A DNA stretch of 64,000 bases, from NCBI RefSeq assembly GCF_009914755.1, contig NC_060926.1, one strand, 5' to 3'. Source of the DNA: the human T2T-CHM13v2.0 reference genome, Homo sapiens. The notes beneath the pieces were generated by a model, which saw only the letters and a list, made by a program, of their open reading frames with translations, did not search any database and was not told the DNA's origin. A program made the position numbers and the translations under genes. Positions 14,185 to 27,751 of the stretch are shown here, piece after piece; position 1 is the first letter of the stretch; each line of letters begins with the position of its first letter.

Positions 14185-14215
<31 letters not shown>
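14185..14215. repeat. (TTTTG)n simple repeat
   Basis: Direct reading. Confidence 0.9.
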
Positions 14216-14219
<4 letters not shown>

Positions 14220-15141
14220 AGCCCTTTCCTCTGCACTGTTACACTTTTCCACAGGGGAACCAACGCATGTTGCTTATGCTCAACCTTTGTCTTGTTTTGT
14301 TATTACAGAAATCTTAATGAAACCTTTCCCTTTTTATTTAGAATCCCACAAACCCTTTCCAACATCTGCACATTTGCAACATTCATGTATCATATTAGAC
14401 CATTACTGCCTGGATGAGAGATATTTCACACTACAAGTAACAAAAAATAAAACAAGTAACATGAGGTGCTTCCCTGTGTGATTAAACTTTGTTACTAGCT
14501 TTTCTGCCTTATTCTCTCTTCCCTTCAAGGGGATGAGTTAGGTCTTTCATGAGATTTTCAAGTCCCTCAAGGAGTTCACTTTTGCAGTCTGCCTCATCAT
14601 TCATCCAAATATGAGAGAATCTCATCAGTGAGCAGAGTTTGGGATGAAGTTGGCATCTCTCCCTCAACCCAACCCTGCTTCCATCCATCTACTGATTTCC
14701 AGAAAGTGATGGAGGATGACCTTTGTCCCTCAGAACCCTTTAGTTTCTTTAGATTTCCCTTGGAGGCCACCATGAGAAAGGAGAAAGGGTCCAAGTTGGT
14801 GGCGTTTTGTGCCCCAGCTTCAACAATAGTAGCTCTGCTTTTATCTGTTTTATTTTTTTCTCCCTCATGAGCTTCCTTTGTAATGAAGCGTTCCAAGAAT
14901 TTTATTATTTCCCAATCCCGAATTGCAGTGCTAAAAAGTGGTCAGAGTGATACGTTAGTCAACATTGATAGCTATTAGCTGTAACTGGTATTAGTGTAGT
15001 CAATCCTAACTTTTGCAAATAGATGGTGAATATCAGGCAATTCAGGAGAACATACTTTCAGGATAAAATTTGTCTTCCCCCTAAACTTTCATTATTAACA
15101 GTTGCATAAAACTAACATTACTTTTAAGTGTCCTTGCTTTT

Positions 15142-15505
15142 TGATATGGTTTGGTTCTGTATCCCCGCCCAAATCTCATCTCAAATTGTAATCCTCACAT
15201 GTAGAGGGATGGAACTGGTGGGAGTCGATTGGATCATAGGACAGTTTCCCCCATGCTGATCTCATGATAGTGAGGGAGTTCTCATGATATCTGATAATTT
15301 AAATGTGGCAGTTTCCCCTGCACAATTCCTCTCCTCTCCTGCCCCCTTGTGAAGAAAGTGCTTGCTTCTTCTGCTTTCACCATAATTGTAAGTTTGCTGA
15401 GGCCTCCCCAGACATACAGAACTATGAGTCAGTTAAACCTCACTTTTTAAATAACTTCCCCAGTCTCTGGTAGTTCCTTACAGCAGTGTGAAACGGACTA
15501 ATACA
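15142..15505 (+). mobile_element. THE1 (THE1D-like) solo LTR with 5-bp TSD
   Basis: TGATATGGTTTGG...CCAAATCTCATCT, ATTGTAAGTTT.CTGAGGCCTCCCCAG and CAGCAGTGTGAAACGGACTAATACA; CTTTT on both sides (15137-15141 and 15506-15510). Confidence 0.92.
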
Positions 15506-16418
15506 CTTTTGAAAATTAAATTTTCTTGCCCTAAAATATGTGTATAAAGTTTTTTCTCAGGAGATTGTATATATTTATCACTGCTACAGTCTTTGCTTTT
15601 TTGAGGCATACGCTATAGTTACAGTTTTTCATACTGTTTGAAAGGCACGTAGAATTGACGTATCAGTGACACTTTTTATAGTACAGCTATTTTGCCTTTA
15701 AATAGCGCCAATTTAAGTGTGCGTTATTATCTTTGGTGGTCTTAGTTTCTAAAGTCATTATTTGAAATACTCTGTGAGTGTTGCTAGATTGTTATCTGCA
15801 TAGTTATTTTAATAGCCTGGTCCACCCTTATCTCTTAATTTCAAAATGTTTTTCCTATTGTGTTATTTTGTAACCTACATAGAGCACAGTGAAAGGTTAA
15901 TGGTGAAAAAGCTGATGTGGTGCAGTGCCTGGTCTCTGGCTTAGTGAGGAAAATATTTCTAAATGAATCAACCAAACAACTAGCAACAAATAAACAAAGC
16001 CCTGAAATCAATTTATAAAGCAAGAGTCATCTGGGAGTCTCCTTGTCTCTTAGAGAACTATTCCAACTCGACTTGAACCTATGGCCTAATCCAATCTAAA
16101 ACCCTCAAAGAGAGTTATTTGAGTTTTTAGGGTTTAATTCCTCCTGTGTCTCCTTACCTTTAAGCTGTTGTACGTATAAATACTGCCTTGGCTTTGCCTC
16201 GTATCAGGGTGAATGTGAAGTCTAGGTAATTCATTGGCTTCAGAAAAATCATGAGACAGTTTAGCTTTGTGAACATTGAACACCATCATGGGGAAGAGTC
16301 ACCTACCAGAGTGACAGGCCTCCTCTCCTAGTGCTGACACCTCTTCCAACTCTTCTTCTCTTCCTCTTATCCTTCTTCCTCTCAGAAGTAAAAGGCAGTT
16401 CTTCAGACCTCTCCCTGA

Positions 16419-16825
<407 letters not shown>

Positions 16826-17384
16826 TAAGGAAAGTTTTGTTTTATTTTGCTTCTTGTAGTAGTTTTGTGGTTGTTCAGAGTTGGAGGGCGTGACAGTTTT
16901 GTTGGGTAGCTAAGAAGCCACTTCTTTTTTATATAAAGGCAAGGATTTCCTAAGTTGTGGAATATGGTCATAAGTGGATTTTCCCTTTCATCAATATGCA
17001 AAGATATTATGAATAAAAATGAATTAATGTATCTATGAAACCAGAGATAGTAAAGTCAGAGTAGGAGAATTTCAGACACAGCTAACATAAAAAAAAAGTA
17101 ACAGGAAAATGGGAAAACGTAGAGAGTAAAAGCAAGCACATTCTTATTTCTGTTGAGTTGAGCTGAGAAAACATAGTTTGCAGTTTATAAACCTAGAATG
17201 TTATAAAGAAGGGAGGACACAGAACTCTTTTGAACTTAGTTATTGCTTTAATTTCACTTTATTTCTATAGCTGCGAAATCATCTGTAGGCTTAGTGGCAA
17301 ATTAGAAGTTCTCCATGTGGATTTTATTTTCAAGTAATGATAATTTTAGAATTTGTTTTCATGGATCTTGAAAATATTGTGTGA

Positions 17385-17570
17385 CAGATCTTAGGCACTA
17401 TGCTTTATGTAGATTTTCTCATTTAATCCTTTTATCAAACTACCTCACAGGGGTAGGTGCTATTTCTATTTCATTTTAACAGTGAGAAAATACAAGAACA
17501 GCAAATTTAGTAATTTGCCTAAGTTCACACAGCCAGAAAGTGCAAAGCAAGGATTTACACTCCAGTAATC
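17385..17570 (-). mobile_element. MIR
   Basis: TCTCATTTAATCCT...CATTTTAACAGTGAGAAAA...AGTAATTTGCCTAAGTTCACACAGC, the MIR core. Confidence 0.8.
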
Positions 17571-19990
17571 TCAGGGTAGTATCAGAGGTCATTTTTAAGA
17601 GGATCTTGAAATTCACGCTGATTAAGGTAACTTTGAATTGTGTTTTGAGCATCAAGTGTTTTAGTATGATTAACAGAGTGGAAGGTTATCCCCAATAAAA
17701 TAATACCTTTTAATTATACTGTAACAATTTAAAATGTCTGATAACAAATTTATAATTACCTTACAAATTTTACTGATGGAGTTGATAGAGTATTTTCATA
17801 ATGCGTGCTTTTGTCCCATTGATTAGTGCTACATCTCTTATTACTCATTAGTAGATTCGGAACAGGAAGCAATATGGAATTGGAACAACTAAGGCGTTAA
17901 CTATCTTAGTCACGTTGTGTACATTCTGCTGAGACATTATCATGCCAGACTTCGTTAATAATTGCAGTACCCTTAAAAAATGGACTTCAAATTCAATTCC
18001 AGAAGCAAGAACACTGGGAAACAATGACAAATTAAAGAAGAAAAAGAAATGACACTTCTCTTTCAGTATGAATATCTACATGGTAGCAGAGATTCAGAAA
18101 TGCATGGTAATTAGGAAATGTTCTGCGTTAAATTGTTTAGGCAATATTCTTTCAGGAGAATCACAGTAGTATTTACTGTGATGGCTACTGCAAATATATC
18201 CAATTTAATAGCACAGTTTAAATGAATTCTGATAACTACTTTGTCCTTCATCTATGTTACCTCTAACAATTGGTATGCAACCTTTCACAGCTGTAGAGGC
18301 AGCCTTGTCATTCATTGATGTTGTCAAGAAGCATAAATAATCACTATGTGACATTTTGACACGAGGGTTTATTTAGTGATGTTTGCATCCTGGCATTGAC
18401 AGAATATGTGAGGACATTCTATCAGCAGCACCTCCAGCCTCACAGAATACAGAAAAGAATGTGCACTTTACTGATAACTGGAAGTGAGATTTGACCTCCC
18501 TCTCCCAACTTTCTTATGTTTTCCTCCACATTTCTCTAATTGTTACATCCCCATTCTTTGCTTTTATTAAAAAGAACTTGCTAAAATAACTTCCTTGTAT
18601 CCAGGAAGTTAATTTATTATTTGGTAATTTCACGACATGTTTTTATTCACTTTTTGATGTCTGTTTGATGCAAAACAAAAACTACACAGAATGTTAATGT
18701 TAAACAGCAGGTATCTCCTTAATATTATGTGTCTGATACAGTGCTAACATCCATTCACCCTCTTTAATAGGGAAATTTGTGTATTTTTAGAATTCTGTCA
18801 ATCATCTTTGCTGTGTTTGGAGAATAGACTTTCCAATTAGTAGATAGAGATGAGAGAAGGAAAACGAGTAGCTTTAGAAAATCATTACATTTTATATTTT
18901 AATTGGCTATTTGAATACCAAGATGTTTCTAGAGTCACATCACCTATGTGGTAATAATAAATAGGTAGATGCTCCCTATGAATGAATTGAATACAATTTT
19001 TATTTTCAGGTTAGTTTTAAATAATAATTGCTAATTACTCAAATGGAAATTTGAGTTACAAGCACACACCTTGTAGGGTGGAGGAAAGACCATGTAACAA
19101 GGAAGTAGAGAATTTTAATACATTCCCACTCTACCAATAAAATCATCCCCAGGGCCTCTTCCGTTATTTCCAGGAAAATCATGAAGATGATCTGAGGATG
19201 GCTGGGTAATCATGAAAGTGGGTGAGTTTTAGTGGCCATCTTATAGGGTAAACTCAAAACAGTTCTTTCCCCAAATGAAAATCATTTTAAAGTTCCCTTC
19301 AGTAAAAACTGGGAGGAATTCTACAAATGAGTGTGTAAAAATGACATTCTAGTTTCTGGCAGTTTTTTTTTTCTGTAGTTGTTCTCTACCCACCATCTCT
19401 AAATAATTGTATTATATAGAGCAGATGACCAGCATGGCTGAACCCGGCCTGGCTCTGTATCTTTGTGGACACACAGTGGTGTGGTCTTCCTCTAGCTTAA
19501 TGGTAACCTTTGTGAGAATTTTAATTTCTGTGTTCTTTCTTCCTCCTGGAAAGTATGATGCAAAGTGGTGAGAATTATAAAGACAGAACTTCTACATACA
19601 CATACACAGAAAGCAGAAATATTATTAATGGAAAAAGTTTAAACATTTATGAGCCTTACAATTCAGCAGCTCCAGACTCCCCCATCCATGTTCATTATTT
19701 ATGCCTGCATGGGTGGTGGCATTGGATGAAACTGCAGTCACTGTGCAGTGTGTCCTGCTTTTCCCAGTTGCTTTTCCACTGGGAGAAAGATCCTCCCATG
19801 AACAAAAGTTTATATCCACACGTTGGACTCTTGCGATTTGTGAGACAGCAGGGAACCAGGGTTTACTAATTGCAACTGTTCCTGGTGCCAAAGAATGAGG
19901 GATCTCAGGAGTGGGGAAGGAAGATTGATGTTCTGTGTGTGACATTTCCCAGGGAAGCTCCTCTGCAACAGGCATGCTGTTCCCATTGAT

Positions 19991-20133
19991 CAGTTTCTTA
20001 ATCCTAGCTGTGCTGTCAGAATCACCAGTGGAGCTTCTGAAAAATACCAACGCCTTGGTCCTCCCCCAGATATATAATTGATTGGGAGTGGAGTCCTGAG
20101 GTGATTCCGATGCATGGCTAAAAACTATAAACA
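19991..20133. mobile_element. MER5-type hAT-Charlie DNA transposon remnant
   Basis: TCAGAATCACC..TGGAGCTT...AAAAATAC...GCCT.GG.CC.CCCCCAGA...AGGTGATTC.GATGCA. Confidence 0.7.
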
Positions 20134-20589
20134 CAGCAATTAATTTCAGAAAATTCATTTCACCATTCTCCCTTTATATTCACCTTTCAATTTACCATTC
20201 TAACCTGGGTTACCTGCCATTAAATGTTTGAGTTCTGTTCCCTGCCCCTTTGTCACGGAGGGTCTTTCCTGCCTTACTGGCTTCTCCCTTATTCCCTATA
20301 CCTGTCCTCTTGTCCAACTGCTCTGTTTCTCCCTTCTCTCCCTCTCCTTCATGCAGTCTTAATGCAGCCTCCATACTGGAGGATGCTAGAGGAAGTTACA
20401 TAGATATATGTATATCTTCTAGCCAATTATATTCAAAACAAAGATGAACATGGATGGCTATGGGTTGTACCCTATACCCCAGTCACCTCTTACTCCACAA
20501 AATGGAATTCATGTGATTGCACCAAAACTAAAGTCTAATGCATATATTCATAATCTGCTGATTAGATTATAGAAATATTTCTGGATATT

Positions 20590-21137
20590 TGTAACAAAAC
20601 TTCTGAAGAGACACCGATAAGTTCCATTTCTCTACTCTGTCTGGCAGCCATGGAGATATGCCACTGGATCTTCCTTCAGGAAGAGCTTGCCCTTCACCTG
20701 GAGGCCATGCAGTTAGCTCATGGCCTCCAGTTACAGCACCTTTCCAGATCTGAAGCAGCATTCAGCTAAAGACAAGGACTGACAAGGGCAGCTCCCAGCC
20801 ACTGACAACTCGGTGGGCTATTAGGACCAGGCCATCTTTTCCCAATGTGGTACTCTTCTAATGGGCACGCTGGGCTCGGGAGCTCCCCATTGAGTTAGCC
20901 AAGACTTTATCTGACTTACATCTGATTTACATCGTAGTCTGAGTCCCTCTCTACTCAATTCTTCTTCTTATACCTCTCCATCTTTCCTTTCACAGGTGTC
21001 AGCTCTGCATCACAGTTGAAGGCTGTCTCTGCTTCATTTTCTTCTTTCGCCTTTTATCTTTTTTAGGCATTGAACCCTAAGAAACTTCCCCTCTTAACTT
21101 TCTCTCAGCATCTGCTTCCCAGATAAGCTGTGTTGAC
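20590..21137 (+). mobile_element. ERVL LTR16-like solo LTR
   Basis: AGGCCATCTTTTCCCAATGTGG.ACTC.TCTAATGGGCA, GAGCTCCCCATTG, CCTTTCACAGGTGTCAG and CTCAGCATCTGCTTCCC 3' end. Confidence 0.7.
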
Positions 21138-24069
21138 GTTATTATCTGCCTTAATATTTTTAAACATTGTTTAAAACTTTTATTACTGTTTTCCAATTAC
21201 TGAAAAATAATTGCAATCTTTTCTGTATATACATACACAGAATATTAGAGTGAAAATTTTACCACCTCTAAAATCTACTGTTTGTATTTTTCTCCCAGAA
21301 TTTTAATACATGTTTGAAAGGTTCTATAACATGGTTACAAATTATTTCTTATTTTATTCTAATTGTGTAAAAATCTTACCCTTAAAAATCTTGTCATTAA
21401 AAATCCGTTCTCAGAGTTCTAAAATTAAGTAGTCTGAGCAGAGAGAATTTAATGCTGAACCAAATGTAAGTGATTCCAGTTTGATAGGTTTGGAAAACTC
21501 CCATTAGCCAGAGCCATATTTCCTGAAGGGACTTACTTGTTCCTCTGAATGCAAATAAAGCAGTCCTCTTCCTTTAGGTACTTACCACATTGTATTGATT
21601 ATTATTATTGTCATTATTATTTTGAAAAAATACATATTGTCATAATATATTTTGTTGACATAATTTCTTCATTTCTGATCTGCACAAACCTTGGCATAGT
21701 GCTAGATACATGGTTTGTGCACATTAAGGGTTTATTGTACTGAATTAGGCAAAATTCTTATACATATTTTGACATCTGCGACTTCATTGGTGTTCTCAGG
21801 GGGAGAAATCCTCAGTATAACTTCCATGTACCTAGATGAGAATAGGAAATTGTTATTTTTCTTTGAAGCCCTGCCAAAAAAAACTTTAGGTCTGATAAAA
21901 CAGTTATTTCTTTTTAAACAGATGTCGAGCTCTTGAAGACTTTAAAAGTCCTTATTATTTCATAAATCAGCATACTCCAATGTACAGCTTTGCAGTAAAG
22001 AGAAGGTTTAAGTCAGGAAAACCTTGTTAAATAAATGGTCTACAAGTTAGAATGGCATATTGCCTTTCTCCGAATCCTCAGGCAGAGGCCAGGGTTTGGA
22101 GCCAAGATTAAAGGCTGGATGAGTCATCTGCCATGGTATGGCAATGCCTCTGTTCTCACGTCTGCGCAATCAAATCTCAAACTGATTTCTCCTTCTCGTT
22201 TTTTTCTTCTCTTTTTGGCAAGAGAGAAAATAACTTCAGCATTCTTTTTTAGGAGGGTAAAAAAAAAGGAACACCATTCTATTTCCCAAAATTGCATATA
22301 GAATTTCAAAGAGTGACCTCTTCCCAGATATAGCAAAACTTATGGTGGCAATGGGAATGTGTCACCTTTTGATGTATGAAAGCATTAGATCCCCAGGCCT
22401 GCCCATCTCTTCATTGTACTTTTGGAGAATGGTAGGATTAGGAGTAAAGGAGTATTAAATATAATACCATCTTCCCCAGACAGTAATTAATATTTCTGGC
22501 CATGCAGACTGTCACGTGGTATGTCACAGTGGCAATAAGTGAATGACGAGAAGACAGACTCCAGGGATACTGAGATGTTCAAAGCCTTGCTTTTGTCACA
22601 GTTGGCCGATTAAGTCATTTTTAGAATTTGGACTTCTCAGGGGCAGAGGTTTTTTCTTTCATATTAGATATACTCTTTTCCCCACACCGTTCAGTTACAT
22701 AATAGGATAAGTGCATGTAGAAAGTATAAAACACAGAATCATATTCTTCATTTTTGAAGTTATAGTTATTCATGATATTACTAATTTTGGACACAGCAAA
22801 TAAGACACTGCCAGAAGTACTTTCCAGGCAGAATAAATATGTAGCTTGCTCCTAGCCGAGTTTGTTAAATATAGCTTTGATCCCCCCCACCCTCATGAAC
22901 TGTATGGTAGTTTTCTCGTAATCTACCACCCTATCTTTAAATGTTAGACTCCAGATGATTTTGTATTCTGCAGTTACATTTTCCAGATCTTTTCTGGCTT
23001 TGTGGCCTGGCCTGAAATTGTGTGCCTCTCTCTCCTTTGACCCATTCTGCTTGCAGTGTTTCACTTCAGTTCATCAGACAGCACCTGATTAGGAGGCCTT
23101 CCATCATCCATTCCCCACACATCCTCCTGGCCTCTGCACAACGGGGCTGGCTGCCCTCCAGAACCTCATCCTGGAAGCAGCTGCCCTCACAGGAAAAGAT
23201 GAGTTTGGTTCATCTGTGAACATTTTCAAGGAGTTGAACTCAATGTCACAAATAGGTCAAAGCCTCAGTGACATTTAAAGTGTGACAAAATGGCATCCTT
23301 AAAAATATTTAATTTCCCTGGCAGGACTGTGTCATTAAAAGAATAGAAATCTTGACAATAAGCAGATGTGTTTTGGAATCCCTGCTTCACTGCCTATCTG
23401 TGTAATATAAATGCTAACCTGTACAGTTCTAAGCACATTACCTGGCACATTAAAGTAGGTTCTTAATAAATTTTGGTTCTCTCTAAAACTCTATCAAGTG
23501 TTTATCATGCGTAAGGCCAGTTTGGATCATGGAATACCGGATGGTACCAAATTATTAAGAAGTCGATGCTCAGGGTGCTCAGAGGGAATCTTCATAAATT
23601 CTAAGCTGAAATACCAGTTAGAATGTGAAAAATGCCACATTGCAAATCTAGGGAAATGAGAGTTCAGAGGAGGGATGTATTACTCTTAGTGGGAGTATAT
23701 AAGGAAAAACTTTATGACATCAATAGCAATTGAAATAAAATATGAAGAAATCCTTCCTTTTCCTTACATACTAGTGCCTATTATTTGAACTTTGCAGGTG
23801 TAGAAAAAAGATATTCTAAGTGATGAGAAAAAAAGTGAGCAAATGAAGATAATATAGGGCATGTTTGAGAAATACCTAATAGTCAAAGTTGGCTAGAGCA
23901 AAGTGCCCATTAAAAGGAAGGTAGGAGATAATTTGGAAAGCTAGATTATGCCATGTGTTGGAGAATCTTAGATTTCACCTGCATGAGAAGCTAGGCCTAT
24001 AAAGGAAGAAGGCCTTTGCCACGAATCAGGAATCCTAGGCTCTTTTCTTACTCTGCCACTACCTGGTAA

Positions 24070-24215
24070 GGGACGGTAGAGCATCCAGGTTCTACAGTCA
24101 TATTGTTCTGTGGTCAAATCTGTTTCCACTTATCAACTCTGTGACATTGAACAAGTTATTTCGCCTTTATATCCCCAATTTCCTCACTTGTAAAATGAGA
24201 GGATTAGACTAGACC
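24070..24215 (+). mobile_element. MIR
   Basis: TTCCACTTA....CTGTGACATTGAACAAGTTATTT...TTTCCTCACTTGTAAAATGAGA. Confidence 0.75.
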
Positions 24216-24759
24216 ATGTCTCCTGAAGTATAAACTTATTTGTTTATAAATTTGGTTGCTAGAAAATGGCAAAGGTTTTTCATGAAAAAGTGTTTTTCAA
24301 AAAGTGGGAATGTTTTAAGATCTTCCAGATGAAATAACTGGAGAACTTTTATTTTCTATAACAATACTAAACACATGGTTTAAGGTGAGAGATCTAGTAC
24401 TACTATCCTGGGCAGTCTGCAGGAGAGGAAAACCAAATAAAGACAAGAAAGTTATTTGAGTTGGGCCTAACTTGAAATGAGAATTTGAAGAACAGTAGTG
24501 ACTTTTTTTTTTTAAAGAGAGGGGGAATTATGAGAGATATTGCAGCAATAACAATAAAAAAGACTTGGAACCTGATTCAGTATCATTTCTAAAGCTAACG
24601 AGCATAGGAAGTATTACTCTTTTTCAACAAAAACTTACATGTTTTTTATATTGCCATATAAGTGATCTGATTTAGTCATTACTTTTATTTAATTCCATAT
24701 TACTCAGAGAGCTTCAATGCATGTAAAGTTTCCAGTGATATAGATTGGCACATATTATT

Positions 24760-25215
24760 GATCTAATAAATATTTATTGTGGACCTAGTATGTGATACTT
24801 TTCTAGGTACTGGAGACATAGCAGAGAACAAGACAGATGAGGTCCTTGCTCTTGTACAGCTTACATGCTACAACTGATAATGGTGGAAGAGAAAGACAAC
24901 AAACAAATGAAGAAAATGGTAGCTAAAAAAAAAAGTGAGATGAGGAACATAGATAAGGTTGATGTGATGGGAATACCTGAGATGCTAGGGAAGGCTTCCC
25001 TGAGAAGGATGCATTTAGGTTGAGAGTTGAATGAGTGAAGGAGCGAGCAACACGGAGCGGCAGAGCAAGAACTTTCTAGGTAGAGGGAACAGATCTAGTG
25101 CAAAGGCCCAGGGCTGGAGCTATGCTTTGGTGTGTATCAGGAATTGAAAGAAGCCAAGCTGCCAAGGGCATAATGAGCTTGGGGGAGAGTAGTCAGAGAT
25201 GAGATGAGAATATAG
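24760..25215 (-). mobile_element. L2a 3' end
   Basis: AATAAATATTTATTG....CTA.TATGTG...TTCTAGGTACTGGAGACATAGCAG.GAACAAGACAGA, AGGGAAGGCTTCCCTGAGAAGG and GTGCAAAGGCCC. Confidence 0.8.
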
Positions 25216-25374
25216 GTGTTAGTTCACAGCATGCTGCCAACTCCAAAAGCTCATTTGTAATCTCTTCTTGGTCTTGTTGCAACTTTATAGCCCACTATAT
25301 AACATCCTTCATAGCAGAAATAAAAAAAACACATTTACTCTCTTTTTTCATACCAACACTAGGAAAATGTTCAA

Positions 25375-25500
25375 ACTCCCAATTTCTCAGGGGAGAAAAT
25401 TAGGTCTCAAAGTTGTTCAGCTACTTGCTCAAGGTCACACAGCTTGTAAATGGCACAGACGCGACTCAAATCAGGTCTTATGATTCTAGGACCAGAGAAG
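25375..25500 (-). mobile_element. MIR
   Basis: ACTTGCTCAAGGTCACACAGCTTGTAAATGGCA...GACTCAAATCAGGTCT. Confidence 0.75.
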
Positions 25501-27644
25501 TTTCCACTTCCCACGGTGTCACTTTCCCTTCTTATGTAATTTTAAGAGAACAAACAGATAGTTACTGACCTTTTATCAGCGAACTGGCAGGAGAAGCATC
25601 TGTAACTGAGGATAGATGTTTTAACCAAATAACAGTGAGAGTCCCCTGCTTATGGCTGACAACCTGACATGCACTTTCCTGCAGTTGGTTTATAAGTAGA
25701 GAGGTAGAGAGGAGTACCTATTGGCAGAGAATGCATAGAGTAATTATGTACTTATTTTCCTTTCCATGGGAATCTTATAGCAGCCTTTTGCTTTTATAAT
25801 GCCATGATTTGATGATTTTCCAACAAAATCAACTTCATGTATCTGGGCTGACTGAAATATGCCTTAAGATACCATGGCATTTTAAAGCAAACGTGAAATG
25901 TGGTAAACAAGCTGGTATTTACTCATGGGCACTCTATTAGCTATTTCTGCACTTTGCCCCTCCATTAAGTTAACTGCCAGGCTGAGGCCATTAAAATCCA
26001 GCCTTCTTCCTTCAATTATAGGCACACATTAACTCTAGATATTCTGAGCCTTTCTAATAGAGCCATTTGCAGAAAGGATTTCTATTAGTGTTTCTCTCCT
26101 TTCTGTTCTCATCCTAAGGCCCCTCCTGCTTCCTGCAACTTTGAGTTCTGAATATGCCTATCTGAGAGCCAGTTGGGATCTCTGTTTATGATGCAACCCC
26201 AAATCCAGGCATCCGTTTAAACGAGTGCCCAGTTACAGAGACATATTGTACTTCTCTTCCTTCAGAGAGCAGCATTTGCTTTTTACTGGGGGCTTTCTGA
26301 CTGATGCAGGGGGCGAGGAAGGAGAGTTGGCGGGCGTTTGGGAGCAGATTTAGAGCCGCTTCTCATTGGAGGGGCTCGCTTTTCCTGAGCTGCCAGACAC
26401 TGCAGGCTCAACTGAGGCTCGGAGGTGCAATTCAGGCTGGTGGAGCAGCGGGGGAAGGCAGGGACAGGCGGGGCTAGCGCGGCTCTGCAGCTGATCACAC
26501 GCACCACCACACACACCACATTCCTGCTGCCCCGGCTTGCGCCTCGCATCTTCCACCCGGGGCCACCGAGGCGCTGACAAGGAGTGGGGGACCGAAGAAG
26601 GAAGAGGCAGAGGAAAAGCTAGAGCGGCGCTACTGTTTAACCTGAAAGTCTGACCGGCAGCCCAAGGCTCGAACCCCGTCCAGCAGCACCGCTGTCGCCT
26701 GGAAGGAGGGCACAGCGCCAAGGAACCCACGAGCCCCCGCTCGAGTCATTCTGTGCTCTGTGCGCCAAGGATCTTTCTGGCAGGGACAGCGCGGTGCCCT
26801 CAGGGAGGTGCGGAGCTTGGGGGACCTGCATTGGCGCCCATCGTGGTACACCAGGAAAAGTGGGAACGAGGAAAACAGCCGTGAGCGCAGAGTGCGAGGC
26901 CAGGCTGCCGCTACCGCCCGCTGCGCCGCCTCCTGCCCTCTCCCGCTGGGTGAGTGCCCAGGCTTCGCGCACTGCCGTGTCTCAGCTGAGCGCGGGGGCG
27001 GCCTGCGGGCCCTTGAGGGTCCGCCGGAGGGCCCCGGTGGCGCCCGCGGAAACTCGGCGGTCGGGGGACGCCAGGCGGACAGGTCTCTGGAGTCCGGAAC
27101 CCGGGAATCTGAGCCCGGAGGGCGTGGGTAGGGGGCGTTGCACCAGTGCCCGGCAGACATGCCTTTGGGCGGGATTTTGGCTAAAAGATAGGAGACAGGT
27201 GCGCCGGGGGTGCGGGGAGCGGTCCCAGGGGGCGGGAGATTGGGGAGCGGCGGGGAGGGGGGAGGGTCTGGTCCAGGCAGGTAAAGGCAGCTTCTTAGGC
27301 AGCCAGCGAGTTGGCAGGTGGGTTGGGACTCGCTTGTCAACTCATTAATTTTAAGCAGTCAGTTTGGGGGTACTGCAGGATAATCAGGAGGGCCGTGGGG
27401 AGTCAAGAGGTGACCCGGGATGCCGGTGGTGGGGAAAGAAAAGAGGAGCCTCTGGAAGCTTGGAGGCAAAATTGCGCTTGGGTTCCTGTTCCTTGCATCC
27501 CTCCTGGCTTGAGTGCGGGAGAACACTTTTTAAAGACTCACCTTGGAAAGAAGGCCTCCGTCCCAGGGGAGAAGGAGAGGCGTCTGCAGGGGGCAGAGAC
27601 CGCAGCTACCTGCCGGGTGCGCCCCCCACCCAGGAGCGCTCGCT

Positions 27645-27700
27645 TCGCCCCCTTTCCTCCCCCCGCCCCCACCTCCTTATTGGTGCTAGTTTGCAGCGCC
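27645..27700 (+). promoter_or_regulatory. Candidate TATA-less core promoter: GC box plus inverted CCAAT box
   Basis: CCCCGCCCCC (Sp/KLF-type) at 27661-27670 and ATTGG at 27679-27683, 70-90 nt upstream of the ATG; no TATA box. Function is inferred. Confidence 0.55.
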
Positions 27701-27751
27701 CAGCTCCTGCGCCTTCGCTTCGCGTTTGAATCTGGCTCGCCCCTTCGTATT

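Noticed and set aside
19625-20158. 177-aa minus-strand ORF with hydrophobic N-terminus
   Set aside because: Spans a MER5 remnant and LTR-like DNA; no recognisable homology or promoter/splice support.
26680-26800. Possible REST/RE1 site (CAGCACC ... GGACAGCGC)
   Set aside because: Half-sites are ~100 nt apart; neither has its partner at canonical spacing.
26283-27729. Multiple overlapping 88-236 aa ORFs on both strands
   Set aside because: Pro/Arg/Gly/Ala-rich ORFs expected from stop-codon scarcity in a CpG island.
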